A stretch of 64,000 bases of DNA from assembly GCA_965197725.1 (NCBI GenBank), contig CBDANQ010000040.1:1-64000 (forward strand), given 5' to 3'. Origin of the DNA: Longimicrobiales bacterium (GTDB lineage: Bacteria; Gemmatimonadota; Gemmatimonadetes; Longimicrobiales; Gaopeijiaceae). The notes under the pieces were generated by a model, which was given only the letters and a program-made list of their open reading frames with translations, was not told the DNA's origin and did not search any database. This document shows positions 22,345-33,538 of this stretch, in pieces. The position numbers and the translations under genes are program-made. How positions within the stretch are numbered: position 1 is the first letter of the stretch; every line of letters begins with the position of its first letter.

Positions 22345-23262
22345 CTAATGCTCAGGTATGGAGTGCGCCGGCTGAGTGGCAATCCCCCTGTACACCTCGA
22401 AGTCGATCGTCTCGATGGGCTCAGTCCGAAGCGACACGCCCACGCCAAGGATAAGGCAGAGCTGTATGTAGAGGCTCACCAGCGGCGGGTCGAAGACTTC
22501 GAGTCCGTACTGGTCCACGGCCTGGGTGAGCATCATAAACAGGCTGATCAGGATGCTGGAGAGCACGAGCACCTTCACGAGGGCCGCGATCTGCTTCAGC
22601 TGGTCGGCGTTCGCCTTGTACGGATCCAGCTTGCGGCCGGATATGAAGCGGAAGACGATGCCGGCGTAGGCCAGGTTCATGCCAGTGATAAGAGTCAGGC
22701 TGACGTAGACCTCCAACTCCCACGAGCCGACGGGCCTGCCAGACAAGTAGAACACGAGCCAGGCCAAGTAGAGCAGGACGGCCGCGGCCACGTAGCCGGG
22801 AGCGATGAAGTCGAACAAGCGGCGGGGCCGAAGCTCGGCAGTACGCCTGGTGCTCCTGAAGGCCTGCCGCATCAGCCGGTAGTGCGCGTACTCCTTAATG
22901 GACAGGTAGACGAACGGGGCTAGCTGCAGCGCGAAGTACATCACCACGAAGACCTCGTCGCCGCCGAGCGGATCCGGCCGATAGCCGGTGAAGGCCATCG
23001 CCGCGAGAATCGCGAGGCCGATCGCGGCGATTGCCCGGTTCACGACCCTATAGAGGTGGAGCTTTCTGCGCGCCTCGCCGGACTGACCGGCGGACGAGAC
23101 GGGGTACAGCTTCGGGTACTGCTCCGGGGGAAAGTTGTCCAACACGTAGGCGCAGCGGCGGGCAAGCTTCCCCGGATAGTAGAGAGACAGGAGGCCGATC
23201 TGGATCAGGAATGTGAGGTAGAACACGGCCAGGATGGCTGGGGTGGATACGGCGTCGGGCAT
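22345..23262 (-). CDS. Hypothetical multi-pass membrane protein, co-transcribed with the GntR regulator
   Basis: 305 aa with about 7 hydrophobic segments; starts 1 nt after the gntR stop. Confidence 0.8.
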   Translation of the reverse strand: MPDAVSTPAILAVFYLTFLIQIGLLSLYYPGKLARRCAYVLDNFPPEQYPKLYPVSSAGQSGEARRKLHLYRVVNRAIAAIGLAILAAMAFTGYRPDPLGGDEVFVVMYFALQLAPFVYLSIKEYAHYRLMRQAFRSTRRTAELRPRRLFDFIAPGYVAAAVLLYLAWLVFYLSGRPVGSWELEVYVSLTLITGMNLAYAGIVFRFISGRKLDPYKANADQLKQIAALVKVLVLSSILISLFMMLTQAVDQYGLEVFDPPLVSLYIQLCLILGVGVSLRTEPIETIDFEVYRGIATQPAHSIPEH

Positions 23263-23263
23263 C

Positions 23264-23653
23264 TTACGCTCCTTTGTTCAGTCGGTTCTGCATGACGTTT
23301 GAGAACGCGATTCGGATTTCGCTGTCCGTCGCTCCTTCGGCACGGCAGGCGGCTACGGTCTCGCTGACTCTCGAGTGGACCCACGCGGTCAAGTCCCGAG
23401 TGCTGTTCTTGACGGCATCCGGGTGCACGAACGTGCCCCTGTAGCCCTTCGTCTGGATGACGCTGTCACGCTCGAGCAGGCGGTACACCTTGGCGACGGT
23501 CTTGTTGTTGAGATCCAGGTCGTTGGCCAGCTGCCGGATCGAGGGGAGAGGGTCTCCCGGCTTCAACTGGGCCCTCTGCACGGCTCCTTTTATCTGCTCC
23601 ATGAGCTGGGCGAACAGAGGCTGGGCTCCTTCTATGTCAACGGTGATCTGCAT
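23264..23653 (-). CDS. GntR-family (YtrA-like) transcriptional regulator
   Basis: AGGAG RBS; LKPGDPLPSIRQLA...TVAKVYRLLE...GYRGTFV wHTH with a short C-terminus. Confidence 0.9.
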   Translation of the reverse strand: MQITVDIEGAQPLFAQLMEQIKGAVQRAQLKPGDPLPSIRQLANDLDLNNKTVAKVYRLLERDSVIQTKGYRGTFVHPDAVKNSTRDLTAWVHSRVSETVAACRAEGATDSEIRIAFSNVMQNRLNKGA

Positions 23654-23694
23654 GATTCTCCTGGGCTCTTGCTCGCCGTTGCAGGTGATCCATA

Positions 23695-23727
23695 TGTACC
23701 ATTCATATATATGGTACAACTGGTACA
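23695..23727. promoter_or_regulatory. Putative autoregulatory GntR/YtrA operator
   Basis: TGTACCAT-N8-ATGGTACA palindrome plus an extra TGGTACA half-site in an AT-rich patch just upstream of the regulator. Confidence 0.65.
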
Positions 23728-23905
23728 CGAAAGAAGCAAGAGGAAAATCCCCATGAGTTCGCCGCCATCATGTTCAGCGGCGTCCCCTGCTCCCTCGTCA
23801 GGTGATGCTGGTGCACCCGCTCCTGTCGGAGCTCATGCCATGGGTGCTGGACGGTCTGACGGCAGTGACGTAAACGTTCCCCCGCACTCGAGGGCCGGTT
23901 GAATC

Positions 23906-24187
23906 GTGGGAATCTTTCAGATTGCAATGCTCGTGGCGACGTTTCTGTGCTCCCTGGTGGCAGGCTTCCTGTTTGCGTTTGCGGTCATGGTAATGCCGGG
24001 CATAGGAACCCCGAATGACCGGGAGTTCATCCGCGCTTTTCAGGTGATCGACGGCGTCATCCAGAACAATCAGCCGCTTTTTCTCCTGGTATGGGGCGGT
24101 TCGGCCTTGGCTTTGGTGGCGGCGGTTGCGCTTCGCGTCGGTGCCCTCGACTTCGACCAGTCCGTGCCCGACTCCTTCGACCCCTGA
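23906..24187 (+). pseudogene. DUF1772 (anthrone oxygenase-like) membrane protein 5' part fused in frame to the IS91 transposase tail
   Basis: LVAGFLFAFAVMVMPG...FQVIDGVIQNNQPLF then LRVGALDFDQSVPDSFDP* from the IS remnant. Confidence 0.7.
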
Positions 24188-24413
24188 GTCTCCCGCGTCC
24201 AGTCGGCCGTCGGATTCATTGCCCACCTCTATCCCTGCCCATCCACGCATCCCTGCGGCGCGTTCCGACTGACTGAGCCCCTCCTCCCGTTCAGCCGGCC
24301 TCGCTTCGCGTGGAGCGCCCGCACCGCTTCCGCCCGGCACCCCCGAAGCCCGCCACCATTCCCCTTCCCGCCTCACCTCCTGCCACGGCACCCCTTTTAG
24401 ACCTCCTATCCTT
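24129..24413 (+). mobile_element. IS91/ISCR-like oriIS-end remnant, copy 2 (about 285 bp)
   Basis: Same 3' end as the other copies; left breakpoint lies inside a hairpin micro-element. Confidence 0.8.
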
Positions 24414-24418
24414 TCCTT

Positions 24419-24529
24419 ACCTACGAGGAGATCGCCGACATCACCGGCTGCAACCTCGGCACCGTGAAGAGCCGGCTGAACCGCGCTCGTAACAACTTCG
24501 CGCAAATCATCGCGCCGATGCTCGACTAA
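24419..24529 (+). pseudogene. C-terminal region-4 fragment of an ECF (RpoE-like) sigma factor
   Basis: TYEEIADITGCNLGTVKSRLNRARNNFAQIIAPMLD*. Confidence 0.8.
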
Positions 24530-24590
24530 TGGATACGGTCCACTGACGTAGAAGACTCGCGAAGAGCGAGGGGGGATGGGTTTGGGGGGA

Positions 24591-24618
24591 GGCCCCGCCG
24601 GGGTGACTCGGCGGGGCC
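24591..24618. terminator. GC-rich hairpin between convergent genes
   Basis: GGCCCCGCCG...CGGCGGGGCC. Confidence 0.55.
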
Positions 24619-24657
24619 GTCGTGTGTGGACCGACGTCTCGCTCAGTGCCGATCCTG

Positions 24658-26298
24658 TTACTGGAACTCATAGATGTAGATCGAGTGCCCGATCCTTTCG
24701 ATCGGCTCGAACTCGGTCAACCAGTCGATTCCGGGGACGCCATGGACCATGAGCTTTCTGAACCCGACGAGGTGGTGCACGCTGATCGCGTAAACACCGG
24801 GGCGTGGTCTCGCCATGTCGGCTGCGTCGAACGCGACGGCGCGCACCCCGTAGGCCCGGCCGTCCGCCGTGCCGAAGTACCGCACGCGCAACTCCTCATC
24901 CGGCGGACGGGTGCTCTGCCACTCGGCGAGCGCGGGTAGATCCTGGCCCCAGTCGATGTTGCTGTCGTCGAGCAGGTATGGCGCCTGGTCCGGCCCACCC
25001 GACACTACGTTGAAAAACGACAGATGGTGGGGGTAGATCCAGACACCGGCCCCGACCGCCCACGCGAGTAACGCCGCCACGATCGCCCGCGTTCCACGCG
25101 ATTCCGCCGCGCGCACAGCGTATCCAGCGAAGAGCAGCAGGAAGGGGAAGGCGGGCAGAATGCGCCTAAGCCCGATATTCACCTGATCCAGGAAAGAGGC
25201 TCCGACCATCACCGCCGCGGGGACCAGGAGGAAGAGCACGTTCTCCAGGTCGACCCGCTCGTGGATCGCCGATCCGGAATCCGCCTCGGCCGCACGTCCG
25301 ACCTGATTCCGCACTCTGCCGACCCAGCCGACCGTGGCAAGTAACAGCAGTACCAAGACGGCGGTCGGCACCTTGAGCAGGTACGCGACGATGTTGTAGT
25401 ACCAGAATGGTGTTTGCGACGGGACACCGAGCAGATAGTTGTAACGGTCCGGGCTGAGGTCGGAGTAAATGCGCGCGACACCTTCTCGGTAGAGCGACAG
25501 ATCGAGATCGAAGCCGTACGCGATCGCGATGACGAGCCACGACATGAACGAGATCGGAATCGCCGCCCGTGCGACCCACGTCACGCTCCTCGTCTCAGGT
25601 CGAGTGAACCACGCTGTGCCCACCAGGAGGACATAGGTCGGGCCTAGCACCAGAGCGGTGAACTTTGCGGTGAGCGCGAGTCCGGTGACTGCCCCGCACG
25701 CCAACCAGCGTTTCAGGTCTCCGGTTTGGGTCGCCCACCAGAAGGCCGCCACCGCAGTGAACATGAACAGCGTGCACCCCAGGTCTGCGGTCGCGACCCG
25801 TGAGTGTGCGATCAAGTTGGGGCTGAAGGTCGCGAGCAGCGCGACCGCGAGCGCGGCCGGTGACCCCAGCAGTCGGTGCCCCCAGGCATAGATCAGGCCG
25901 ACGAGCAGGGCTCCGAACAACAGGACCGGGAGGCGAGCGTGCCTTGCAACCCGCTCGTGGTCGACTCCGCCCCGAAACAACAGCTCGAGGCCGAGCACTA
26001 CTTTCGGGTTTGCAGTCGCTCGCCATGTAGCCTCGACCGGCTCCGTCGGTTCCGAGCGGTAAAGGCCCCACCCGGACAGCACTTGCATGAGAGGAGGCGA
26101 TCCCAGGTAGACATCGTAATCGCCCCAGGCCAGGATCGCGTACCCACCGCCGATCGAATGTGGCTCATCCCACGTGAGAGCCTTCTGCAAGCTGGAGAAG
26201 TAGCCCTGGGCGAAGAACACCAGCATCAACAGGGCTACTGCCGCGGGGGCGTAGCGCTGGAAAGCGGCGGGTTCGGCTCGGTCGAGAGACTCGATCAT
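24658..26298 (-). CDS. GT39/ArnT-like lipid-carrier-dependent glycosyltransferase
   Basis: TWDEP motif after the first TM, ALTAKFT, IGLRRILP, DSNIDWGQDL; many TMs. Confidence 0.85.
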   Translation of the reverse strand: MIESLDRAEPAAFQRYAPAAVALLMLVFFAQGYFSSLQKALTWDEPHSIGGGYAILAWGDYDVYLGSPPLMQVLSGWGLYRSEPTEPVEATWRATANPKVVLGLELLFRGGVDHERVARHARLPVLLFGALLVGLIYAWGHRLLGSPAALAVALLATFSPNLIAHSRVATADLGCTLFMFTAVAAFWWATQTGDLKRWLACGAVTGLALTAKFTALVLGPTYVLLVGTAWFTRPETRSVTWVARAAIPISFMSWLVIAIAYGFDLDLSLYREGVARIYSDLSPDRYNYLLGVPSQTPFWYYNIVAYLLKVPTAVLVLLLLATVGWVGRVRNQVGRAAEADSGSAIHERVDLENVLFLLVPAAVMVGASFLDQVNIGLRRILPAFPFLLLFAGYAVRAAESRGTRAIVAALLAWAVGAGVWIYPHHLSFFNVVSGGPDQAPYLLDDSNIDWGQDLPALAEWQSTRPPDEELRVRYFGTADGRAYGVRAVAFDAADMARPRPGVYAISVHHLVGFRKLMVHGVPGIDWLTEFEPIERIGHSIYIYEFQ

Positions 26299-26696
26299 CG
26301 GGGCGGACGATGAGCCCCGCCCGACCGATCGGCAAGGATACTGTTGCGGATCCGCGTCCGCCGCCGGGAGTCGAATCCCAGCATTACGCCGAGCAGCGCC
26401 ATTACTCGACGGTTCCTCCGACTTGAACTCAGCATTACGGAGCTGGCTCGGGAGCTCGATCTAGACGCAGCCTGATCCCGTCTTTCAGCGCCGTACCGGG
26501 GCCGGGTCCTCATTCTATCGGCTACCGTCCCACCCGGTCGGAGCGCTGCACCGCGGGCCCCCTATTTGGCCCGAGCGGGGCAGCGCGCGCTCTGCCTGGT
26601 CCAGCGGGGATCGCCTTGTGCAAGCGAGACGGCGCGTTCGACCATGGTGATGGCCGGTGATCGCCTCGAGCCTCCGCCATGGCGATTCCGACCTCG

Positions 26697-26769
26697 CCGG
26701 AGCGCCGCCTGACGCCCAGCTCGGAGCCGTCAGCTTCTTTCATCGCTTCGGCTCGTCCCTCAACGTCCA
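26697..26769 (+). repeat. 73-bp internal fragment of the IS91-like transposase
   Basis: Identical to 46984-47056; ends at the first His codon of the HPHYH motif. Confidence 0.8.
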
Positions 26770-26862
26770 GGGCGGAGCCCGCGCCCGGGGCGCGGCTATC
26801 CAGCGTCGGCAAGATGCGGTATGAGCTTCGAGGAGTCCAGAAAAACCGTGTTGGGAATCGGG

Positions 26863-29228
26863 CTAGCGTGGTAGTCCCATGTGGTCGATCACGGCGTGGA
26901 ACCGCGGGTCGTCGCGGAGGAAATCGAAGGTCGGCTCGACGCTGAGGTAGGGACAATTCGTGTCCCTTGCCTCGAAACACGCGAGCGCCAGGTAGTTGAG
27001 CGCCTCGTCCTTCATGGCAGCCCGGGTATACAGGGTGGCGATACGCCACGGCGCCAGATATTCCACCTGAGACCGTTCGACGTACAGCTCGGCTACGGCC
27101 CGGAGTGCCCCTTCGTAGCCGAGCTCTTCGTACCCTCGATCGAGGGCCACCAGCGCCGTGGGGTCGCCGTCTGCCGTGTACGAGCCTTCGTCAGTGAAAG
27201 ATGCTCGCCAGCTGGCAAGAGCCTCTTCGTGGCGTCCCATGAGATGGTACGTCGTGCGAAGCGTGGACAGGAGGAAAGGAACGCCCCGGTCGAGCTCCAA
27301 CGCCTTCAGGAGCAACGTCTCGGCAGCTTCGTATTCGCCTCGGATGTTGAGGGTCTGGCCGACGAGCCCCTGAACCAGGGTATTGGGTGCCTCGTCCTCG
27401 GCGGCGCGGGCGGCGTGCGCAGCGGTCTCGTCAGCCCTGCCCTGATACAGAAGAAACAGTGCGTAGTAAGCACGCGTAGTGGCGTCGAACTGGTTCTGAT
27501 CCAGAGCAGCATCAAACGCGGCTTCCACCTCCTCCCATGCCCATTCCCCCCACGTTTTTCGAAGGGCGACCGCCGCTTGAACCTGTGAGAGCGTGGGATC
27601 CAGTTCCTCGGCCCGCTGGAGGGCCGGTTCCGCCCTTCTATTCGCCTCTTCGGTGGAGACAAGCCCCTGCTGGGCTCGGAGACCCCACACTTGCCCCAGA
27701 CCGAGCCACGCCTCCGCGGACATCGAATCCCGCTGTAGCGCCACGTCGTACCAGGCGAGCGCCGTCGCGAATCCCTCCTCCGTAAGTGACTCCCAGGCGT
27801 AGCTCGCCTGTGCGAGCGCGTCCTGTACAGCTGGATCGACTTCAGGGGCACCGGAGAGCTGCGCCTCGACCTCTGCGCTGAGCTCGACCCCGATCTCTGC
27901 GGCGATGGCACGCACCATGTCGCCGTACATGGAGAGGATATAGCGTGCTTCTCCTGAGTAGGGTGCGGCCCATACCAGGTCTTCCGATTCACCCTCCGTG
28001 AGACTCAGGCCCATATCCACCCTGCCCCCAACGCGAGCCGCCGAAACTTGAACGATTCCATCCACCCCCAGTGAGTCCGCGATCTCCCCGAGCAGAGCTT
28101 CGCTTCCCACGAACCGAGCTACCGAGGTCGGGCTCTTCACCCGCACACCAGCCCTCGCGAGCTGAGAGGTGAGCTCCCGGTAAACGTCCTGGACGAAGTA
28201 GGCCTGATCCGGGTCGTCCATGTCGCTCGGATCGGGGAGGACGGCGACGCTCTGGATCGCCGGCGCCCCCAGGATCGACGAAGCCCACCGCGCCACCCCA
28301 CCGACGGCGGCAATTGCAACTACCGACACGGCCACCCTCAACGCCCGGGAGCGCCGGCGCCGGCGCGCATCCTGAATTACGGCCTCCTCGGTTGTCGCGA
28401 ACTCGAGCGCCCGCACGAACTCCTCACACGACGAGAACCGATCGGACGGGGAGAGCGCGAGCGCTTTTCACGATCACCTCCGTTACCGTCGCCGGCACGT
28501 CCGGGCGCGAGGACGACAACTCGGGGATCGCGCCCATCAACTTCTTCGCGAGGATCGCCTGCGGCGTGGAGGCCGCGAACGGGGACTCGCCCGACAGCAT
28601 TTCGTGGAACGTGCAGCCTAGCGCGTAGATATCGGCCCGACCGTCGATCGCGACCTCGCCGGATGCCTGCTCCGGACTCATGTAGGCGAACGTCCCAACC
28701 GAGATGCCCGTGTGAGTGAGCTGCACCTGGGCTTCGCTGGCAGCCTTCGCGATGCCTAGGTCGCACAGAAGCGCGTGGCCGGCTTGGAAGAGAATGTTTT
28801 CCGGCTTGACGTCCCGGTGCACGAGCCCCCGGTCGTGCGCGTAGGCAAGGGCGCTGCCGATTTCGCGGACGATCCGTCCGGCGTCTTCGAGCAAGAGCGT
28901 GGCATCCCGATCGAGCCTGTCGCGGAGCGACTCCCCCTCGACGAAGGGCATGACGAAGTAGAGGAGCCCGTCAGCCTCACCCGAATCATGCAGCCCGAGG
29001 ATGTTGGGGTGGTTCAGCTGCGCCGCGACCTCGATCTCGCGCAGAAAGCGCTCAGCACCCATTGCCGCGGCGAGCTCGGGCCGAAGTACCTTGATCGCCA
29101 CGGGCCGACCAGTGTTTCTCGTCGTGCGCCAGGCAAACGACCGCCATCCCGCCCTCACCGAGCTCCCGCTCGATGACGTAGCGGCCCTCGAGGGCGGCGT
29201 TGAGACGTTCTACGGGGTTCCCGTCCAA
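26863..29228 (-). pseudogene. Hanks-type Ser/Thr kinase + TM + TolB-N-like + TPR protein, split by two frameshifts (near 29110 and 28465)
   Basis: ELGEGGMA, VAIKVL, HRDVKPEN, DLG, YMSPEQ, then TPR-like helices in another frame. Confidence 0.8.
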
Positions 29229-29232
29229 GGGG

Positions 29233-30834
29233 CTAGCGCCTCCCTTCGAGCCGAGGCGCCGTCGGCGCTGGCCTTCGGTGATTCGTCGCCTGCTCGAATG
29301 CGTAGCCGAACCCGAGCAGCATCTCCTCGGTGAACGGCCTGCCCAGGAACTCGAGCCCCACCGGCAGGTCGTCGGTCGTGAAGCCGGCCGGAACAGTGAG
29401 CGCCGGGAACCCGATCGCGGGGCTGAGGCCTCTGTTGTCGCCCCAACCGTAGCCGTCCGACGGATTCGGGTTCGTCTCCGCGTCTGATGCGATCAGCGTC
29501 GGCTGGTGGTCGAACGTCGCGTGCACGATCGCGTCGAGCGACTCGTCCGCCATGACGTTGAGAACGCTCCGTCGAAGCGCCTCCCGCTTCTGGATCACGA
29601 CTAGGTAGCCTGGGTCATCCGTGGTCTTGCCGACGGCGCCCATCATGCCGCGCGCCCGCCACGGGATCACGACCCCTGAGAGGAGGATCTCGCTCAGCGT
29701 GCTCACCGGAGAATTGGGGTGCTCGGCCAGATAGTCATCGGTCGCCTGCTCGGTCTCGAAGTTGTTCCCGATTCCCCGCACGAGCTCGAGATCGGGAATG
29801 ACCAGTGGGTCGACGATCTCGGCGCCCAGTGCCGCCAGCTCCTCAATCGCGCGATCGATGACGGCGCGCACCTTCCGGTAGTCGTCGGAGGACGGCTCGG
29901 CCCCGGCGTCCATCGGCTCACGCAGAACCCCGATGTGGGTGCCGCGGAGCCGATTGGCGTCGAGACCCGACGTGTACGTGTCCGGGATGTGTCCCACCGA
30001 ATAGGCGGTGATCGGGTCATTGGGGTCGTAGCCGGCGATCGCATCGAGCAGGATCGCTGCATCCCTGACGGTCCGGGTCATGGGGCCCATCGTGTCCTGC
30101 GTCGGGTTCGCGGGCATCATGCCGTGGCGGCTGACGAGCTGGAGCGTCGGCCTGAGGCCGACCAGGTTCGCCACCGCCGCGGGCCCCCGGACCGACCCCC
30201 CGGTATCTTCGCCGATTCCGACCATTCCGAAGTTCGCTGCGATGCCGGAGCCGGTGCCGCCCGAGGAACCACTCGGGTTCCGGGTGGGGTCGTACGCGTT
30301 TCGGATCACACCGTACGCCGACCCGACGTAACGAGACGCGAACTCGCCCATCGTGGTCTTCGCGAGGATGATGGCGCCCGCGTCCTTCATCCGCGTTGTG
30401 ATCGTCGCGTCACGGCTGGGGACGAAGCCTTCGAAGAGCGCCGACCCGTACATCGTCGGCATGTCGATCGTCTCGACCTGATCCTTCAGGAGGACCGGGA
30501 CGCAGTGCAGTGGGCCGGTCATGCCTCCCGATCGCATCTCCACGTCCATCGCATCCGCCTCTTCGAGCGCATGCTCGTTGAGGTGTTGGATGGTGTTCAG
30601 GTTGGGGCCTGTCTGGTCGTACGCCGCGATCCGGTCCATGTAGCCCTGCACGAGAGCGCGACACGTCAGGTTGCCGCTCTGCATGGCGGCGTGCGTATCG
30701 GCGATCATCGCCTCGACGATGTCGAAGCCCTGCGCCCCCACCGGCGCCGCGGAGAGCGCCGGAAGAAGGGCCGCGAGCGCCATCGCCCGGAGTCGACGGG
30801 CTAACCCTCGCGGGAGCCCCGCACGCGTCAGCAC
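29233..30834 (-). CDS. Secreted amidase (amidase-signature family)
   Basis: LLKD, SGSSGG, DTGGSVRGPA motifs; signal peptide; start may be at 30783. Confidence 0.9.
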   Translation of the reverse strand: MLTRAGLPRGLARRLRAMALAALLPALSAAPVGAQGFDIVEAMIADTHAAMQSGNLTCRALVQGYMDRIAAYDQTGPNLNTIQHLNEHALEEADAMDVEMRSGGMTGPLHCVPVLLKDQVETIDMPTMYGSALFEGFVPSRDATITTRMKDAGAIILAKTTMGEFASRYVGSAYGVIRNAYDPTRNPSGSSGGTGSGIAANFGMVGIGEDTGGSVRGPAAVANLVGLRPTLQLVSRHGMMPANPTQDTMGPMTRTVRDAAILLDAIAGYDPNDPITAYSVGHIPDTYTSGLDANRLRGTHIGVLREPMDAGAEPSSDDYRKVRAVIDRAIEELAALGAEIVDPLVIPDLELVRGIGNNFETEQATDDYLAEHPNSPVSTLSEILLSGVVIPWRARGMMGAVGKTTDDPGYLVVIQKREALRRSVLNVMADESLDAIVHATFDHQPTLIASDAETNPNPSDGYGWGDNRGLSPAIGFPALTVPAGFTTDDLPVGLEFLGRPFTEEMLLGFGYAFEQATNHRRPAPTAPRLEGRR

Positions 30835-31541
30835 CTCACCTCATCAGAGCGATCAATCGGGTCATTTCTCGCCACTCTCCGGGCCAAGATGATGGCTATA
30901 GTCCGTGGCCTCATAGGCATCACGCAAGTGAGCCTTGTGTGTTCAGGCGGGTGATGGAGTCGCTCAAGCGCTCAAGATGCGGCGCAGGTCAGCGGAGCGC
31001 GAGATCCTACAGCAAAACCAGCGGCAGCCCCAGCGCGAACAGCCCGCTCACGATGATGACGCTCACGAAGCCCATTGAGCGAAAGCTTGGCGTTGTTCGC
31101 TTCACACCACCGTCACAGACATCTAGCTAAGACCTAGATCCTTTCGCCGAGCCTCATTCTGCTCTGCGAAAGCCTTGTCCCATTCGGTGCCCGAGAGCGA
31201 TTCCAGGAACCGATTCCACTCCTTGATGAGAATTGATCGAAGCTCGGGCACAGCATCGGCGAGGTTGTTCGTGAAACTCGCGTCGCCGCGCTCCTTGGCC
31301 AGATGTGCCAACTGCTTGTCTATCGGGTCTTTCGTAGCGACGAGGAGAGGCGGCTTGCGCGACTTGAGGTTGCGCCACTTCGGGTTGTAGTGCCCGGCCT
31401 GAACCGAACTCGCTGCAAAGCGCCCTCTCTCGCGCCACTTCTCCCAAAGAAACTCCCGGAGCACTCGAACATATGAACGAGAGCGGCTTCGAGAGCGAAG
31501 CGATTCGCCGCTGTGTAGAGACACTGATAGGTAGCTGTCAA

Positions 31542-32998
31542 GATGGTGTCCCGCTGACAGTTGAAGGTGGTGGCGCCGGAGAGTCTCTTGGTTAGCCTGT
31601 CTTTCTCATTTCGGCAACCGGTTCATGGTCGTCGAGGTGGGCCCTGAGCATCCAGAGCTGGTCGTAGCCGATGATCCTCCGGTAGCTCTTCTCGGTTTCC
31701 ACGAACGAGGCCGCAGCCCAGCGCAAGGCCATCGCTCCGTTCTTCCAGTTAGTCACCCTGCGGGTCTTCCGTCTTACGCCCGAGTGGGTGCTGTCGATCA
31801 GGTTGGTCGAGCCCAGGCACTTCCTCAGCCGCGGTGGGAGGCCGAGCCGGTTTATGGTGAACATCTCGCTGAGGCCTTCGCGCAGGCTGGCTGCGGCCGA
31901 GGGGTGGTCGCGCTCGAGCCATCGGGCGAGCTGCTCGAGCTTCTGCTCGCCCTGCTTCGCGTCCAGCTTCATCGCCGCCCGGAACGCCGCCTTCACCTGA
32001 GGATGCTGATCCTTCGGCAGATGACCCAGCACGTTGCGGAGCTTGTGGTTGCGGCAGCGCTGGATGGGGTGACGTTGGCCGAACACCTTCTCGATCGCCT
32101 TCCTGAGCGCTTTCGAGCCATCGATCACGAACAGCCGCCGCCTGCCCGGGTCCAGGCCGCGCTCGACCAGATCCTCTAGGAGCGCGCTGGTCACCTCGGC
32201 GTTCTCACTCGCTCCTTCCCTCACGCCCAGCACGTGCTTCTTTCCGTCTGAGTCCACGCCTACCGCAGCAAGCACGTGGTGCGAGCCCATCTGGATCCCG
32301 TCCAGGTAGATCACCAGGAGGTCCCACGCATCCAGCCGGCGCTCCATCAGCTCCTTCAGCACGCGCTCCGAGGCCTCGACCGTCTCACGGCTCACCGCCG
32401 ACTTGCTCACCCCGACCGTGTCGGCCATCTCACCGATCACACGGCCGTACTTTCGCGTGCTCACCCCCGCCATCAGGACCTCGAGCATCCGATCCGCCAC
32501 GGCGCCCGGTCTCCGCATCGCTGCGTACGCCGGCACCTCGACCTCGCCACCCTCCCCGGCGCCCCGGCGCCTGAGCCGTGGCCGCTCCACACGCACCTTC
32601 CGGTCCGACAGGTAAACCACACCACCCTGCCGGCCATACCACACCGTGTCGTCTTCCGCTCGTGACCGACCTGCCTGCTTCACGCCTGCCACACCCTCGG
32701 CGCTCATCTCCAGCACCGCTTCGATCGTCGCTCGTCCCATCACCTGGATGACTTCGTCGATCGCGACCTCCGTCTGCTCCACGAGCTCAAGCATCGGAAG
32801 CAGAAACTGCCCCTCCCGCTTCAGGAACTCCCTGATCGCGCGCTTGTCCGCCCGATCCCTTACCTCGTACGTTCTCTTCATCGTGGTGGCTCCGTGTTGG
32901 GGTTTTTGCCTACCCGAGCCTATCGGCCCGGGACCCCCGGAGCCACCACTTTTCTTTCTCCCCTATCAGGGACCTTCAACTACGGTTGGGACAGCTTC
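31542..32998 (-). mobile_element. IS256-family element (variant B, copy 2, intact)
   Basis: Same ends as 16511-17969; flanks GCTGTCAA / GCTGTCAC. Confidence 0.93.
31592..32881 (-). CDS. IS256-family transposase
   Basis: 429 aa uninterrupted; YLDG, VIDG, QRCRNHK, STNLID. Confidence 0.93.
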   Translation of the reverse strand: MKRTYEVRDRADKRAIREFLKREGQFLLPMLELVEQTEVAIDEVIQVMGRATIEAVLEMSAEGVAGVKQAGRSRAEDDTVWYGRQGGVVYLSDRKVRVERPRLRRRGAGEGGEVEVPAYAAMRRPGAVADRMLEVLMAGVSTRKYGRVIGEMADTVGVSKSAVSRETVEASERVLKELMERRLDAWDLLVIYLDGIQMGSHHVLAAVGVDSDGKKHVLGVREGASENAEVTSALLEDLVERGLDPGRRRLFVIDGSKALRKAIEKVFGQRHPIQRCRNHKLRNVLGHLPKDQHPQVKAAFRAAMKLDAKQGEQKLEQLARWLERDHPSAAASLREGLSEMFTINRLGLPPRLRKCLGSTNLIDSTHSGVRRKTRRVTNWKNGAMALRWAAASFVETEKSYRRIIGYDQLWMLRAHLDDHEPVAEMRKTG

Positions 32999-33538
32999 GC
33001 TGTCACCAGCATTTTGATATAGTTCAGTGAAGCCCGCACGCGGAGGATACGGCCTCGCTTGCCACGCGTCCGCCTCCCTACCAGAAGTCTCTAGCAATAA
33101 ACCCACGTCTACGCCCACGTCGGTGAGCACACGGCTGGCAAACGTGTGTCGAGCTGTCAGAAATCCCGCACCGAGGTTCATAGGGTCCATCTCGTGCGGG
33201 ACACTCCAGGCGCCGGTCTCCCACGTTCACCCAAATGCTGCCTCCAGCACATCCCGTGAATCGACATCGAACTCTGCCTCGAGGAAGAGGAGTCGGTCGC
33301 GCCATCCGATCTCATCTTCGGCAAGGCCGAAGAGGCTGAGCTGGATAGTCTGGCTCAGGAGGAGCTCGAGACCCTGCGTGACGAAGTGAAAGCGCTGAAG
33401 CAGGAGGTCAAGAAGGCATCAGAGTTGGACAAACCGAAGATCGCCGAGGAGATCGACGCGCTACGCACTGAGATCGAGATCCTCGAAGCCGAGTTCGAAG
33501 CGCGGGAGGATGACGCGGAAATGGAAGAGGGCGACTAG

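Noticed and set aside
24539..24550. TCCACTGACGTA shared with the end of the tRNA-Ala scar (42238-42249)
   Set aside because: Only 12 bp and no tRNA sequence around it; too weak to call the partner att site.
31123..31524. 133-aa minus-strand ORF next to IS256, and the acidic frame ending at 33538
   Set aside because: Possibly remnants of interrupted genes, but no recognisable family or credible start.
33250..33270. In-frame TGA as a selenocysteine codon, given selB in the window
   Set aside because: No selenoprotein homology or evident SECIS hairpin.
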